A stretch of DNA of 53,288 nucleotides, filler included, from Catajapyx aquilonaris (taxonomy: Eukaryota): assembly GCA_000934665.2 (NCBI GenBank). It is 3 parts of 3 records of this genome, joined end to end, with 100 filler letters (N's around TTAATTAATTAA, not from the genome) between each part and the next. Parts side by side here need not be neighbours in the genome. Positions count along the whole stretch, not along the records: positions 17,831 to 35,469 come from JYFJ02006899.1; 2 more parts are not named here. One strand, given 5' to 3'. Shown here piece after piece: positions 24,192-35,569 of this stretch (position 1 is its first letter; every line of letters begins with the position of its first letter). The position numbers were made by a program, and so were the translations under genes. The notes below the pieces were generated by a model. That model was not told the DNA's origin, did no database searches, and was given only the letters and a program-made list of their open reading frames with translations.

Positions 24192-25769
24192 ATGAGATGG
24201 TCAAGACGCAGATATGTCAAGTGCCTGCTGCTTCTGGCCCTCTCAGCCACACTGTCCAGCATCCTGTTTATGCACACAATAATAGAGGAACTGGACCCTC
24301 TGGAGAACCCCGGTCGTCACCAAAGAGGTAGTTCCATTGAAATGCATCCCCCAACAGGAAATAATTAAAAATACAGTACCAACTATATTAATTATTGAAA
24401 CCCTGTGTGTGCTTCATATTCTTAATCCTAACAGTGTCAAGAGTGGTAATAAGCGGCCGTGCCCTGCACCAATGCCGCTTCGCCAACAAGACAACAGTAG
24501 AGCGAGACTACGCATTGATTGAAACCAGGTGAAGCCTCACATTAGATGTCGTTTGTGTCATGTACCAATGTGTGATGCTGTCACGACCTTTGTTACCCGC
24601 AGTGACATCCGTGCATATGTCCGCCCTGGACTGCACACCACGATGATTGAGCCTCAGCTGTGTGGGCACAACCATCAGGTATTTCTTCTGGTTGCAGTTT
24701 ATTCCGCTGCATTCAACTTTGACAGGAGGAGTGCTGTCCGAGCCACTTGGGGACGAGACCTCCTCCAGATGGATCCGGACATTCGCTTGTTCTTCCTGAC
24801 AGGTCGTGCTCAGGACGAAGACACCAATGTAAGTAGAAAATGGTTCATTCACACCTATGCTGCTGGAAAGATTATTGTTATTAATTTTTACTAATTACAT
24901 TTTACAAGTAGGCTACAATACATTAATTACACATTTACACCTTAATGCATAATGTAGCAACGTTTGGTGAGGGAAGCGACGTTTTATGGTGACATAGTCC
25001 AGGAGGATTTCTGCGATTCCTACTTCAATGTCACCCTGAAAGCGGTCTTCCTCCTCAAGTGGGCTCTGAGACAATGTCCTCAGGCCAAGTTCGTGCTGAA
25101 GACAGATGACGACACCTTCGTCCATCCCCAAAATATAATGAACTTATTGGACACCTACAGTGATGAGGTCAGCAGTAGTTACATGCATTGTTTGATACAG
25201 GATTATGGTCAATTAAGAGATCCGAAAATCTACCCGGATAGAGTACGCAGCACGAGCTTCCTCGCACCATCCACACCCCCAAGGGAGCCAGTAGGAGGTA
25301 CCTCATGATGGGCAAAGATGCCGAGTCATATCTGCAAAGCGAGCGAAAGGAGTTCCCGCACTGGCAGGTGTCCCAGAATTACTCCAGCAGAAACAAATAC
25401 CCGTCGTATCTTACAGGACTGGCGTATGTGTTCACCGGCTCGCTCCTGCCCATCTTGTACGAAGAGGCCCTCAACACCAAGTTCATCCACTTGGAGGACG
25501 TCTTCCTGACTGGATTGGTGGCCAAGGAGAGACTCCAACTGGTCTTCAACTATCATCCAGGCTTCAGTAACTGCTGCACCGAGAGGAGCAAGTGCGCGAT
25601 GGATGATGTTATCGCAACACATGACTTTACCCCCAGACGGTTGAGAACCACTTGGTCTGATGCTAATTTCATGTATAAGATTGAATTCAATATGTGCTAC
25701 ATTAACCGATTTAAAAAGATCGCATGCTATGTGTACAAGAAGGTAGGGTATGACGTTTGTACGTATTAG
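24192..25769 (+). CDS. GT31 beta-1,3-glycosyltransferase, paralog 3; exons 24192-24327, 24435-24528, 24603-24828, 24958-25167, 25242-25769
   Basis: Close duplicate of paralog 2, introns included. Motifs VLKTDDD, YPSYLTGLAY and HLEDVFLTG; frame intact. Confidence 0.92.
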
Positions 25770-25969
25770 GGTACTGAACTGGACCCAAAATTGCAAATTT
25801 TCACTTCTCATTATTGTTTCGTTTTTATCAACAACATGCAAAAACCCTTCAGTATAAGGGTGGTTGAATCAACCTTCTTGCAATGAGATTGCTGTCATCA
25901 TGAGTGGTCAGTAGCATGGTAATAAGAGGGATATTGCGTTGAAGCCCATTATGGAAAAGTATTTCATAA

Positions 25970-25996
25970 CCGGAGCAATGCAGGGTATCCTGCTAG
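25970..25996 (+). mobile_element. Possible Helitron 3' terminus
   Basis: ccggagcaatgcagggtatcctgCTAG|T: degenerate GC hairpin about 10 nt before CTAG, followed by T. Confidence 0.45.
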
Positions 25997-26042
25997 TAGA
26001 TAATAAATATTTTGTTAGTGCAAATTAAAGATCAGGTCAGCA

Positions 26043-26344
26043 ACAGAAGCAGTTTGGTGGGGTAGATACGGTGTTCGACTGCTAATCGGGAGGTCCTGGG
26101 TTCGAGTCCCGGGGCCGGCAATCCTAACCATGATTTTCTGTGGTTTCCCACGGTCCCCCCAGGAGAATGTCCTGATTGCTTCCTAAATAATAGGCCACAG
26201 CCGCTTCCTCCCGTCCCTATCCTATCCCAAAAAGCGAAGTAAGAAATGAAAGCAAAGAGTTCCAGTCAAAACAAAATTGGGATAAACTCCCACCCCTAAA
26301 GAGCAGCCAGCTGATAACAGGGTATGAATTATGAATTATGAATT
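26043..26344 (+). mobile_element. tRNA-derived SINE family 1, full length
   Basis: B box ggttcgagtccc and (ATGAATT)3 tail. 15-bp TSD aagatca(gg/aa)tcagca at 26028-26042 and 26345-26359. Confidence 0.92.
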
Positions 26345-26391
26345 AAGATCAAATCAGCAGCATTATTTGTACATTGTAATTCACTACTACT

Positions 26392-26394
<3 letters not shown>

Positions 26395-26447
<53 letters not shown>

Positions 26448-26780
26448 TGTTGGGGTAGTGCTCACCCAAAGGGTATTCGCACGGACCTTTATTTTTCAAT
26501 CGAACAGTACCGTATACATTTTGTGGAACCATATTCGAAGCGCCCAGGCCCACGGGCAGGATGACAGGAGGGGATGTGCAAGTGCAGTGCGGTAACGGTG
26601 CTTGGTCATTTTGTGAACTCCCCCGGGTGGTTTAGTCTGTGGATATACCACCCGAGACGAAGCCAGAGACGACCCCAGAACTCTGCACGAGATGAAGGGG
26701 GTGTCCCCGGGCTGGGATTGAACCCGGGACCTTAACATCCGTGGGCGCGCACGTTACCGCGGCGCCACTCCGTCTCCCTA
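26395..26780 (-). mobile_element. tRNA-derived SINE family 2, full length with (TTA)n tail
   Basis: Minus-strand head gggagacggagTGGCGCCGCGGtaa...cccGGGTTCAATCCC; (TAA)n on + at ~26393-26447. Perfect 14-bp TSD tcactactactgta at 26381-26394 and 26781-26794. Confidence 0.93.
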
Positions 26781-28670
26781 TCACTACTACTGTATAAATG
26801 GTAATGGATGACTTTCTAAATCAATCTCGACACAAAAGTGCACCGAAGTGATTACGGGTGATGAGATGACTGGTTAAACTCGATAGCTTAATTTCGTCAG
26901 CCCAGGAAATATTTTAAGCTCTTCGACTTGACTTTCCAAATATTTTTTATTGCAGATTTTTTATTCCAAATATTACAAAACATTTTGATATTACAAAATG
27001 CAACACTGGTCATTTGTACCACATTTTCCTCCCATAACATAAATTATATCTCAGGTTGCGTACATTTGCACAATCTCATGTGATGTTGCTTCGTATGCCG
27101 ACATTTCGTGAGAACTTTGACATGCCTGCATCGAATACAACTGATTTTTTCACTCCTTTCTAAACCTACTCACAACGTGACCCTCCACAAAAACCACCAA
27201 ATATCATTGCAGGTGAAAGCGAGCCATCACCTTGCCATACTTGGATATGAACATTTTGACTTCTATTATTACTAAAATGAGTAAAATCATATCCGTATAC
27301 TTTGTACCAAATAAAAGATTGAGTTATTCCATGCCATACACATCCCTTGCTTGATGTCATTGAGTCCGTTATGTTAATTCCAACTTGGGACTAGTTACTT
27401 CCAGTGTCATTAATAAATGCAGAACAACAAGTAGCGTACAATGCTGGACAAAAACTGCCCTGTACCTGGGCAAGCACCGCCAAGCAAGCCTGCATGAATC
27501 AAGTTGACCCCGTGTCTGCTTCCACCTGCAACGGTATGTGTGATGCATGCAGGGGTACAAGGCAGTTGTTTCCAATGGAGTATAATATTCCAGCAAATTA
27601 TATCACAGGTGACACTACAGCCTCCGGAAGACACATTCATATATGGGCCAAAAAACACCTTGTAATACTGCACAATGTGAGATCTTGAACTACACAGTCC
27701 ACAAGCATTTAACGTGCACATTCTCATTTTTTAATGGTAAGAAGTCTCTCATGCGAAGGAGTGAAACAACATCCTGTAACTTTTACAAAACAACATTCAC
27801 AAAGTGTTAGCAAGTCAGAAGAAGTCCTTTGAAGTCTTGCAATTTCTCGAGATACTGCTGGCATCATGGCATGACCTGGGATGGCTTGATATGGAAGAAC
27901 ACAAATGATCTTTCATAACCAAATATCAAATAACAATATCTACACAGGAACATAATTTCTCCCCGTATCCAAATCTCCACCTCATTTGTACGTAAGTAAG
28001 GAACACAACAACACTATCAGGAATTTCCTGTGTCTATCTAAATTATCACAACAATATACAATAGATCCACGGCTGGCCAACCAATGACTAAAAGGCCCTG
28101 ATAATGATATATCCGCTGAAATGAATATCAATGTCAGGTCTGCCCATTTCAGCCATGAGGGGAAGGCAACTCATCATAACACTCCCGTCATTTCTAAAGG
28201 GTCATATCTGCACATGGTGGTAAGGCAACCCACCTAGAAACTTTGCCACTCTGGATAGAATGTTTTTCGCAACGATGTTATTCCCTCCCCTCATGACACA
28301 TACGAAGAGACATGACTGATACATTGTGTTCTGCAGCATATCGTTATGGAACTTTCAATCACTGCTCAGCCAATAAGAATGCTTGCTCACCTGAATAAAA
28401 ACTGGTAACTAATAGGCAACATTTTGGCACAACCTCCAACCTTTCGAAATTCAAAGTTGTGGACTGATTCTGTACAATAAAAAATCAGCAACAAACACTA
28501 AAAGCTCCAGAAATCTTCCAACTTATTGTTAGTGCCAAAACATGAACAAAAAACTTCCCATTGTTGTGAAAGCACATCAACAAAAACGCTGTGAAAGGAA
28601 ATGCTTGGGGTTGAATTGGTACGTGGAAATACTGAACCAACCCCTGGACACTACCCCTATAATCTTATCT

Positions 28671-28973
28671 TATTGCCTGACGGGGCGTTTTGCATGAGGT
28701 GCTCACTTGAGAGCACCATGAGACCGCCTTTCACTGCTACATTATGTGGCGACCCTACCAGACCGTGCTGAACTTTATAGGTACAAAAGGGAAGCGCTAC
28801 ATTGGGGGACCCATCATGGTCACCGGCGGCCATTTTTGGGCCCTCATGTAGCGGCTTCCCTTCTACCTAAGATCAACGTGGTCCGGTAGGGTCACCACAT
28901 AATGTAGCAGTGAGAGGCGGTCTCATGGCTCTCTCAAGTGAGCACCTCATGCAAAAGGCCCCGTGAGGCGATA
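28671..28973. mobile_element. Foldback/MITE-like element with ~100-bp inverted arms
   Basis: tattgcctgacggggc...ttttgcatgaggtgctcacttgagag...cactgctacattatgtgg.gaccctacc is mirrored at ~28873-28973; both ends are TA. Confidence 0.88.
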
Positions 28974-29358
28974 CGAGGTAGTGACCAGACCTTAGTATTA
29001 TAAGACCATGTACTGAACACACCAGGAATCCATTAGTACGCCTGCACATAACAGCCCAACACGCATTCAAAAGGATAAAGTAGAGTAACATCAAAAACTG
29101 AACACCTCTTAGCCTCTTCCAAGAATCCTTAAAAAAAATCCATCTTCATCCTGGTTGAACCACTGAAGGTAAACCACTTACAAGGGATTCATCCTTTGCT
29201 TATAAATTTCTGTCAGCAAATAAAGCTAATAATCAATTAATGCAAAGGATAAATCCTAGGTGCGTAGCGTACTTTCAGTGGTACGCCTACCATTAGGAAC
29301 TTTCTCTCTGTATCCATGTGTCTCTGAATGGAATTATCAGAAGACTGCAAGGAGAGCC

Positions 29359-32300
29359 TCACTTCTTTGCGAGAATCCCAGTGCATTGAAAACAATGGGA
29401 TGTTTTCCAGTCGAGGTCCTGAAAGAGAAACAATGTTCTTGATGTTGATAATGTCAAATCATTCTGTGGTTAGTACATTTGCAAATGCATCAATGCCATG
29501 CGAAGTTGATTGTGATTGTGCCAATATTCGAAGGGGTCATCCATAAAGTCCATCCCAGGGATCATTTTAAAATCCTGCCACTCTTCCATATAATGAACGA
29601 CTATGCTGGGTTCTGGCTGAAAAGTACATGTTGTTCTGTAATCCCTCCCCTACGGCCACCTCTGTATCAGAGAGCATCATTCTGGCATAGACCTGCCACT
29701 TCCCGGCAGAAAAAAACGCTTTATGGATCACCCCGAAGCTAATTTGTGTTCAACATATTAAAATGCATCGAGAATAAGTCCTTCTAGAGTGGTTTGGTGC
29801 AAAGGTGCAAATTTCTAACTGGATATGTTTTGCAGATAAATATATGCTTAGTTGAGTGATAGTGGGAGATACGCACCCTGCAGGTTCTGCTGCAGTACTT
29901 CTGCACGGAACAGTGCAGGCAAGTCATGGTGGCCAGCTGCCTCACACAATGATGGCACCAAAAGGCAACAGACTGTGGGGCAGAGTTGAGCTGCGCCAAC
30001 TGTTGCATTTGTTGCTGCATGTGCTGCTGCTGCACTGCTTGTAGTTGCTGCTGCTGTGGCACTGACTGTATTTGTTGGCGCTGCTGTGGCACTGACTGTA
30101 GCTGAAGCTGCTGCAGCACCCACTGTAGTTGTTGGCTCTGCTCTGGCCGTGATTGCTGTGGAAGTAATTGTAGTTGCTGGTGCTGCTGAGGAACTGACGG
30201 TAGCTGCTGGTGCAGGTGAGCTTGCTGCTGCTGCTGCCTGTTCATTTGTAGCTGTATGAGCTGCTGTTGAGATAATTGTGGTGGCTGGTACACCTGCAAT
30301 GTCAAGTCCCAGGACTTCAGTCAAGGTCAAAGGTAACAAGTTGCAAGACACTATTTTGTTGAAGCAGCCTTAAAATATTGTCATCACAGCAATAAAAAGC
30401 ATGTGTAAGCACGTGATAGTGATTCTCCCACTATGGGCATGATGCCATCCAACATAAGGGTACCATCACGCCAGATAAGTCACCACTAACTGTGTCAAAT
30501 AATACTTATAGACCAACCCAGTACACAGTAGCTCAAAGCAAGTATGTGGATTACAGCATCTAATAACAGCCAGTTCAGACTAGAATGTAACCCCGAATAT
30601 TACCGTAGGTTGATTCAGAAGGGCACGCAGTTGGGCCAGGTGCACTGATGATGACTGCATGAGGCCATTTTGCATGGTGGAAGATTGACTCTGGCTAGGG
30701 ACTTCATGCACCCTCGGCATGGAATGTGTAGTTCCCTGTGGTGGAACACTTGGCACGGATTGCATCATACTCTGCGTCTGGATGCCTTGCACAGGGTGAG
30801 CAGCATTCTGTGAGTGGCCACTCTGCACAGGGGGGGACTGAACATAATGTCCATTATGAGCCATGCCTGCTGGTTGCCAGCCCCTCTGAAGAGATTCAGG
30901 GATCCCCCTGGAGCCACAGGTCCCTGAGTTGTGAGGAAATCTGGACTGACTGGAACTAGACTGACCGCCTTGGTCAGGGAAGCCCATTTGCAGGTGACCA
31001 TTTGTTGGCCAACATGGTGATGCCTGCATCTCAGGCTGCCTTCCTCTCACAAGGAAGCCGTTTTGCAGACCATTCCCCTGCTGTATCACATAGTTTGGAG
31101 GTATTATACGTGGAGGCCAACCAGCCTGCTGCACAAGTCCCCTGTTGTTACATGGCTGTACCTGCGACGTTTGCAGCAATGTGGGCTGCACTTGGGTAGT
31201 GGCTGTTTGGGGGTTGCTCGGCACTGATTCTGGATTCAAAGGATGGGTAGGGGGTGGGGGAGGGGGAGGTGAACGATAAGGAGGCGGGGGAGGTGAACGA
31301 TAAGGAGGCGGGGGAGGAGGAAGAGAGCGCGGAGGTGGTGGAAGTAAACTAGGAGGCGATGGTAGGGTATGGGAAGGAGGAGGAACCGAATGGGAAGGTG
31401 ATGGAAGGGAAACGGAAGGAGGTAGAAGAGCAGGAGGAGCAGTGCCAGGAGAAGTACCAGGAAGAGGAACAGGAACAGCAGGGCAACACAGGACAGAAGG
31501 AGACTGAGAAAGCATCTCAGAAGGTAGTGGAGCTGCAATGAAGTTAATCATTAGCAAAATATGTAATTGCAACTCCATGATGTACTTCACTAAAAAACTG
31601 CCAAAATCTACTGAGAGCAGGCTAATAAACACTGGTAAATGCATGGCTTCCTGGGTGCTAATCAAATGACAAAATACATATGCAGAGCTTTTCAACATTT
31701 TGGTAGTTCTGAGGAATCACTTTTAAACTGACACTACTGACATCCATGCAACTACAGCATGCATTTCCGTAAAAATTGGCCACAGCCGCTATAAAACATA
31801 TTCATAATTTGGCTAGCAATCAACAATTTCTATCTACAGGAACAGAAAAAAACTTCAGTCATTTAAAAAACTCTACGAATCGTCAAAGGGGAGCACACAT
31901 GAAATATTAAGCTATTAGCCAGCAGTACTCACCCATGGGATCTACGGCTTTTAGTTCCTCTTTATTCCTCACTTGTGCGGTGTAAGTCCGAAACTTGCGG
32001 AATAAGCTGTAGGTTGACTGCTGCGGATCAATGAGATCACACATGGGACGTAAGCGAATAACAGGTGGGGCAGGAGCATTTTCATCGAGTGTAGATGCTG
32101 TGGGTGTCACTGGCTGTGTGGAATGCTTTGAAGGTGGGACCAACTGTGCAGGAAGCTCCGCCAGAGGTGATGGCACTTGCTATTGGAGTAACGCAACATG
32201 TGGTGTGTCAAGTTACACTTACTGTTAGCTGCTTTGGCACTGTTAAATGTATATTCCTTCCAGTCGTCCATGGGTTTAAATCAACAATCATGCAAGTTGC

Positions 32301-34261
32301 CCAAAGCGTTCTCTCTGATACATGAAAAAAGGCAAGTGAAAAGTCACCTTCTCTGGAGGTTCTGCATGTTCCTCTAATGTTGAACTGTCATGGCTTGTAT
32401 TAGCAGCAGGTGGTGCTTCCACCTGTTCCTCTGGCAGCGACTCAAGAGGATTATCACTGTCCTCCATAAAGATAAGATCGTTGGGGATGTCCATAAAGTC
32501 CTCACCCCAAGATTTATCCAAGTCACTGCTTTCAACTGGAGTTTCTTTGGCTTCGACATTTCGACCCAAGATGGATGCAGGTGGCACAGATATGAATTTT
32601 ATATCTGTGGTCCTTACATCTTTTGGGAGTGATGTCAGCTCCTGCACAAAACAAATTAAAATGTCACTCCATTTTTAGCATCGCATTCCATTCATATCAT
32701 GAATCTCAGTGGGAGGAAGCCCAGTCGCGTATGTTAGTTCCTTATACCTATGGTCCGAAACTTATTGAACTCCCAAAGTTGTACAAATGTCCAGACGTGC
32801 CTCTGAGGAAGGCCAAAAACCATTGCCATTTTGTTATCATTTGCTACCCTTCATGGGTCCTGTTTTGCGCATCACGATTCATCATTGCAGTAATCAACTG
32901 AAAACTCTGAAATATTAAGCCTGGTGTGTTCACAATACAAGTAGTGTCAAATTATGCTACACATACGTCAGCTGTGATGTAGGTGATCAGAGTGATAGGT
33001 GATAAGAAGAAGCATATCCACAGCCCCACACACTCCCCTGTGATGACCAACTTGCACTACATTTTTTGCACCATATAACCAAAGATGAGGATGTGAATGA
33101 TAAGTTATGTGAATCATGCAGCCCTCCCTGTGATGACACCAACAGCTCCTAGAAGACCTTTGACCACCATTCTGCAGTAGAAATTCAAGCAACCCTTTTA
33201 CCTTAGCCACAAGCAAATGAATAATCAAACATTCCACAACAAAGAGGCTGATGAGTGCTGGTACCAGGAAGGTTTGAAGCAGAATATGCAGAATAAGGTG
33301 GTCAACTCTCACCTGAAGGTCCTGGATTTCATTCCAGAAGTTGGTAATCCTGAACTACCATTTCCTCGCACAATGTCAGCTGGATTTTGGGATCAAATCA
33401 TATCCCATTTCTTATTGCCCCCAACAATTCCGCAAAAAAAAAGGAGGTTAGTTCTAATCATATTGGAGGGTCAGCAGGAAAATGATCAGTTGAAGTGGTA
33501 GAAACACCAGTATAACATTGGTTAGCGAAGCTCACGGGAACCAAATTTCATGTCGCCATGTCTTGGTCCCTTGATTTACGAATTAATTAGAGGTGCTGTA
33601 TCAATAATGTGTATGACAATATAAAAGCCAACCAACCTCAAGCAGCATGCTGAAGTGATGCAGTTTCAACTTGATAGACTGGTCATCCTTCTCTTTGTGT
33701 TTTTCGAGCATGATTGTGGTAATGTGTAATGCCCCCCATCCAGTAAGTGTTTCAATTTTCCTATACATCTCTACAGCCTCCTTCAAGCAGCCTGCCAGCT
33801 TCTCACGCCTGGTGCCAGAGCTGTAGTTATCCTCCGACACTCCATCACAAAGTGTGAGAAGCAAGCGCTCCTTCAATATCCATGCCATGTGGGAAGACAG
33901 TCGTGAACATAGATCTTCACGCAATATTTTGTCTGAGAGGTAGTCTTCACTATCACAATCCACCAGTACTGTCTCAATCGAGCTTTTGGCAACAAGTGCA
34001 TTCTGGATAGGGTAAAACCTTACATAAATTAATCTAAACACAAACCATTGGATTCTAAGGGGCTATGACAAATGCACAAAAATTGACAACCTGGACCCCT
34101 TAAAACCAGATGTGCAACGTAAGTTACAATTAGTAATCACTCACATTTTTCATCTGATCTGATCCTGCTTCACTGCCATTTTCACCTGCATCTTCATCAA
34201 TGACTAGCTTCGATGATCCCTCACTCTCGTCATCTGAATCAGCCAGGTCACAATAGTCCAT
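29359..34261 (-). CDS. Uncharacterised ~809-aa Pro/Gln-rich protein with C-terminal MYND zinc finger; exons 34261-34145, 34002-33637, 32641-32348, 32179-31933, 31532-30604, 30293-29877, 29418-29359
   Basis: Seven GT-AG exons join in phase (2430 nt including stop). The spliced end reads CHHC-VRQLATMT-CLHC-SVQKYCSRTC-R|DLDWKTSHCFQC, a complete MYND ligand set. The 33637-to-32641 join is the least certain. Confidence 0.8.
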
Positions 34262-34611
34262 TGCACCTAAAAATAGCAGACATTCCATCATTTAATTCAT
34301 GAGGCATGTGCACACAGTGTAGAGTTGTAAAAAAGGCGGAAATTTTCAATGACAGAAAAAAACTGGGGTTTTCCCCCCGACATTTTTGGGGAAAAAAAAC
34401 GCTTTTTTGGGAAAATATTTTTTTCTCACAGGAATTCTGATATTTCCACAAAACAATTAGCTTTTCATGAAGTGCTCATTACATGGTAGTATTTAAAAAC
34501 ACAAAATATTAACATTATAACCCCCAAAATAAATTGACAAGATAAAGGGTACCATTATTGACTTACTTATCCTGGGGAGAATCCCCTCCTGACTGTCTAG
34601 TAGTCCGGACG

Positions 34612-35469
34612 TTAAGGGACGAATAATGGGTCAACCGTGCATTTGGTGAAAAAAGCATGAAGTTTGGTAAAAATGTCCCTGAGAGCATACTCTTCAAATT
34701 CAGATATGGCGCCACGCCCGTTTTCGCCCAGGAGGCGGGTTGGCTACACTGAAGCGAGAGACAAGTCTTTTTCTGAGCGAACTATGCTTCTTAGGCGGAT
34801 ATGTGCCAAACAAATGTTGTGGAGAAACGTATTCTACAAAAAGTATATAGTAACCTTGCCACGTACGGATCGTATTTTCGGAGCTACAGCGACTTGAACC
34901 AAATTACGCGACAAAAAAAAAGTCAACCGTGCATTCGTGAAATTTGGTAGGAATGTCCCTGAGATCATACTCTTCCAATCCAGCCGTTTTCGACCTGGAG
35001 GCCCATAATTGCGGGTTGGCTACCTTGAAGCGAGTTAAAAGTATTTTCTGAGCGAACTATGCCTCTCAGGCGGATGTGTGCCAAACAAAGGTTGTAGAGA
35101 AACTTGTAGGCCCCTACTCTACAAAAAGTATAAAGTACCTTTTCCACGTAGAGTCCTTATTTTCAGAGCTACAGTGACTTGAACCCATAGTCATGGAATT
35201 AAGGAATGAAAGGGTCAACCGTGCACTTTGGTGATGAAAGCATGAAATTTGGTAGGAATGTCCTAGGGACCATACTCTTCAAAATCAGATATGGCGCCAC
35301 GCCAGTTTTCGCCCAGGAGGGCCGTAATTGTGGGTTGGCTACCCTTCAGCGAGTGAAAAGTCTTTTTCAAGTCGAAACGGCCAAAATATGACACTCACTG
35401 ACTGACTGACTCACTGACTCACTGACTGACTGATCATCAAAATTATACGGCACTTCCAGTGGTCCTAGG
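34612..35469 (+). repeat. ~290-bp tandem repeat (about 2.5 units) followed by (CTGA/CTCA)n; probably a non-autonomous Helitron/Helentron-like element cut by the gap
   Basis: gtcaaccgtgca...tttggta..aatgtcc...catactcttc.a recurs at ~34628, 34922 and 35212; actgactgactcactgac run at ~35393-35433. Confidence 0.7.
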
Positions 35470-35569
35470 NNNNNNNNNNNNNNNNNNNNNNNNNNNNNNN
35501 NNNNNNNNNNNNNTTAATTAATTAANNNNNNNNNNNNNNNNNNNNNNNNNNNNNNNNNNNNNNNNNNNN
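35470..35569. other. Artificial scaffolding linker (44 N + TTAATTAATTAA + 44 N)
   Basis: Same 100-bp construct as 17731-17830; truncates the first visible SZT2 exon. Confidence 0.97.

Noticed and set aside
26043..26120. tRNA-Ser(GCT)-like gene (also at 16.6 kb and 43.8 kb)
   Set aside because: No proper acceptor stem or long variable arm; continues into a shared body with tail and TSD, so it is a SINE head.
27166..27900. Overlapping Cys-rich ORFs of 64-105 aa
   Set aside because: No motif recognised and no splice model; could be decayed sequence.
29470..29620. Minus-strand peptide with DDPFEYW, like a hAT dimerisation domain start
   Set aside because: Downstream hAT motifs (ERxFS) are absent; it lies inside the last MYND-gene intron.
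29848..30351. Ala/Thr-rich 167-aa ORF
   Set aside because: Alternate frame of the Gln-rich exon; only the Gln frame leads into the MYND finger.
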